NCBI RefSeq assembly: GCF_009914755.1
Contig: NC_060930.1
Reading direction: 5' to 3' (one strand)
Length of the DNA: 64,000 nucleotides
From: the human T2T-CHM13v2.0 reference genome, Homo sapiens
Shown: positions 63,029 to 64,000 of the stretch, one piece after another
Position numbering within the stretch: position 1 is the first letter of the stretch
Layout of the letters: each line of letters begins with the position of its first letter
Position numbers and translations under genes: made by a program
The notes under the pieces: model-generated
Databases searched by the model: none
Told to the model about the DNA's origin: nothing
Seen by the model: the letters and a program-made list of their open reading frames with translations, nothing else

Positions 63029-64000
63029 AATCCAATATATTCTCTCTTAAAATGTTAGAGCTTTACAGTATTATCTGTAATTCTTTTAAGCTATCAAATA
63101 TTTCAATTTTCAAAGCTCCAGCTGCTTTCCCACTGAATAAAAAATATATATTACAAGCAAAATGTGCTCTTAGGTACATAACTAGATTTTCTCTTCAACT
63201 TACCATGGAAAAAACAGATAAGCCATTTTTGTTACATGGGTAGCTAATTACATTTGTGTTTTATTTAGGTAACTCTATATTATGTGGGTGATGATACTAG
63301 TTATATTTGGTTAAGGACTTAAGTATTAAAAAAACACAAGAATTAAAAGAAATATCTTGTGAAGCATTGATAAATTGTCATAATAACAATGGTGAGAAGA
63401 TGGCTAAAGGAAACAGTGGACAAGTCCAGACTCTATAGTTTCATCTTCTGAAGCAGAGAGAAATTACTTATCTGAAAGCAAATGGCAGTAATTGTGGAAT
63501 GTCAGAAAAGTAGAATCATTTATAAACTAGATGGGGCATGAAAAGGAGTCAAAGAACTGAAGGAAAGTAAAAATGAAGGAAAAGGAAAAAGGAGGCAGGA
63601 AGAGAGGGAAGAAGAAAGGGAAGGAGGCAGATGCATTTCCTAAATCTTCCATTGCATCTCAATGGAAGTCTCTATTTTCGAATTTTAAACCTGACAAAGA
63701 CAGGTACATTTAGTTTTAGGTTGATGTTTATTGTCTTACATATTCACCCCAGTGCCTTTTCTGATCTCCCGAATACTGCTAGAATAGGTCAAATTTCCCA
63801 AAAGTTTAGCTCATAACAGTCATCCATCATTCTCCACCAGTGCATTCAGGGTAATAAAGCAGGCTAAACTTTTATTCTAGGTATTTTTGACAAGAGAAAA
63901 ATAATTTTTTAATGATAAGAAAATTGTACTAACTACTTGAAATAATAATGCAAAATAATAATTTGAGGCAGATAGTTTTTTTCTTCTCAACTTACATCAT

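Noticed and set aside
62752-63243. Tyr/Met/Val/Ile-rich ORFs on both strands
   Set aside because: Artefact of the alternating purine-pyrimidine repeat, which cannot contain stop codons.
63646-63668. Hairpin CTTCCATTG-CATCT-CAATGGAAG
   Set aside because: A 9-bp stem is too short for a pre-miRNA and is plausible by chance at this window size.

Overview
This is AT-rich, repeat-dominated primate (human or great-ape-like) genomic DNA. I found no intact protein-coding gene, RNA gene or CRISPR-like system; the ORF-track entries I can recognise are LINE-1, Alu, LTR or microsatellite sequence. From left to right: (1) the 5' LTR and tRNA-Pro primer site of a MER52 provirus, inserted in the 3' LTR of a minus-strand MER4-group provirus (1.6-10.3 kb) that also carries an Alu and a young L1PA2-like element; (2) scattered MIR, Alu, old L1 and MaLR fragments and an isolated ERVL RNase H fragment; (3) a nest of old L1s at 25-38 kb holding a near full-length L1MA with a MER11 solo LTR and a decayed PSMA4 processed pseudogene that the ORF track misses; (4) a twin-primed, 5'-inverted L1PA inside an older L1 (42.8-48.7 kb); (5) a compound minus-strand L1 nest with a likely transduction and target-site deletion (52-61 kb); (6) an alternating purine-pyrimidine repeat containing a 54-bp perfect palindrome (62.8-63.0 kb). 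Subfamily names come from my recall of consensus sequences and need RepeatMasker/Dfam confirmation; boundaries of old repeats are approximate. I cannot support a genuinely new biological system here.
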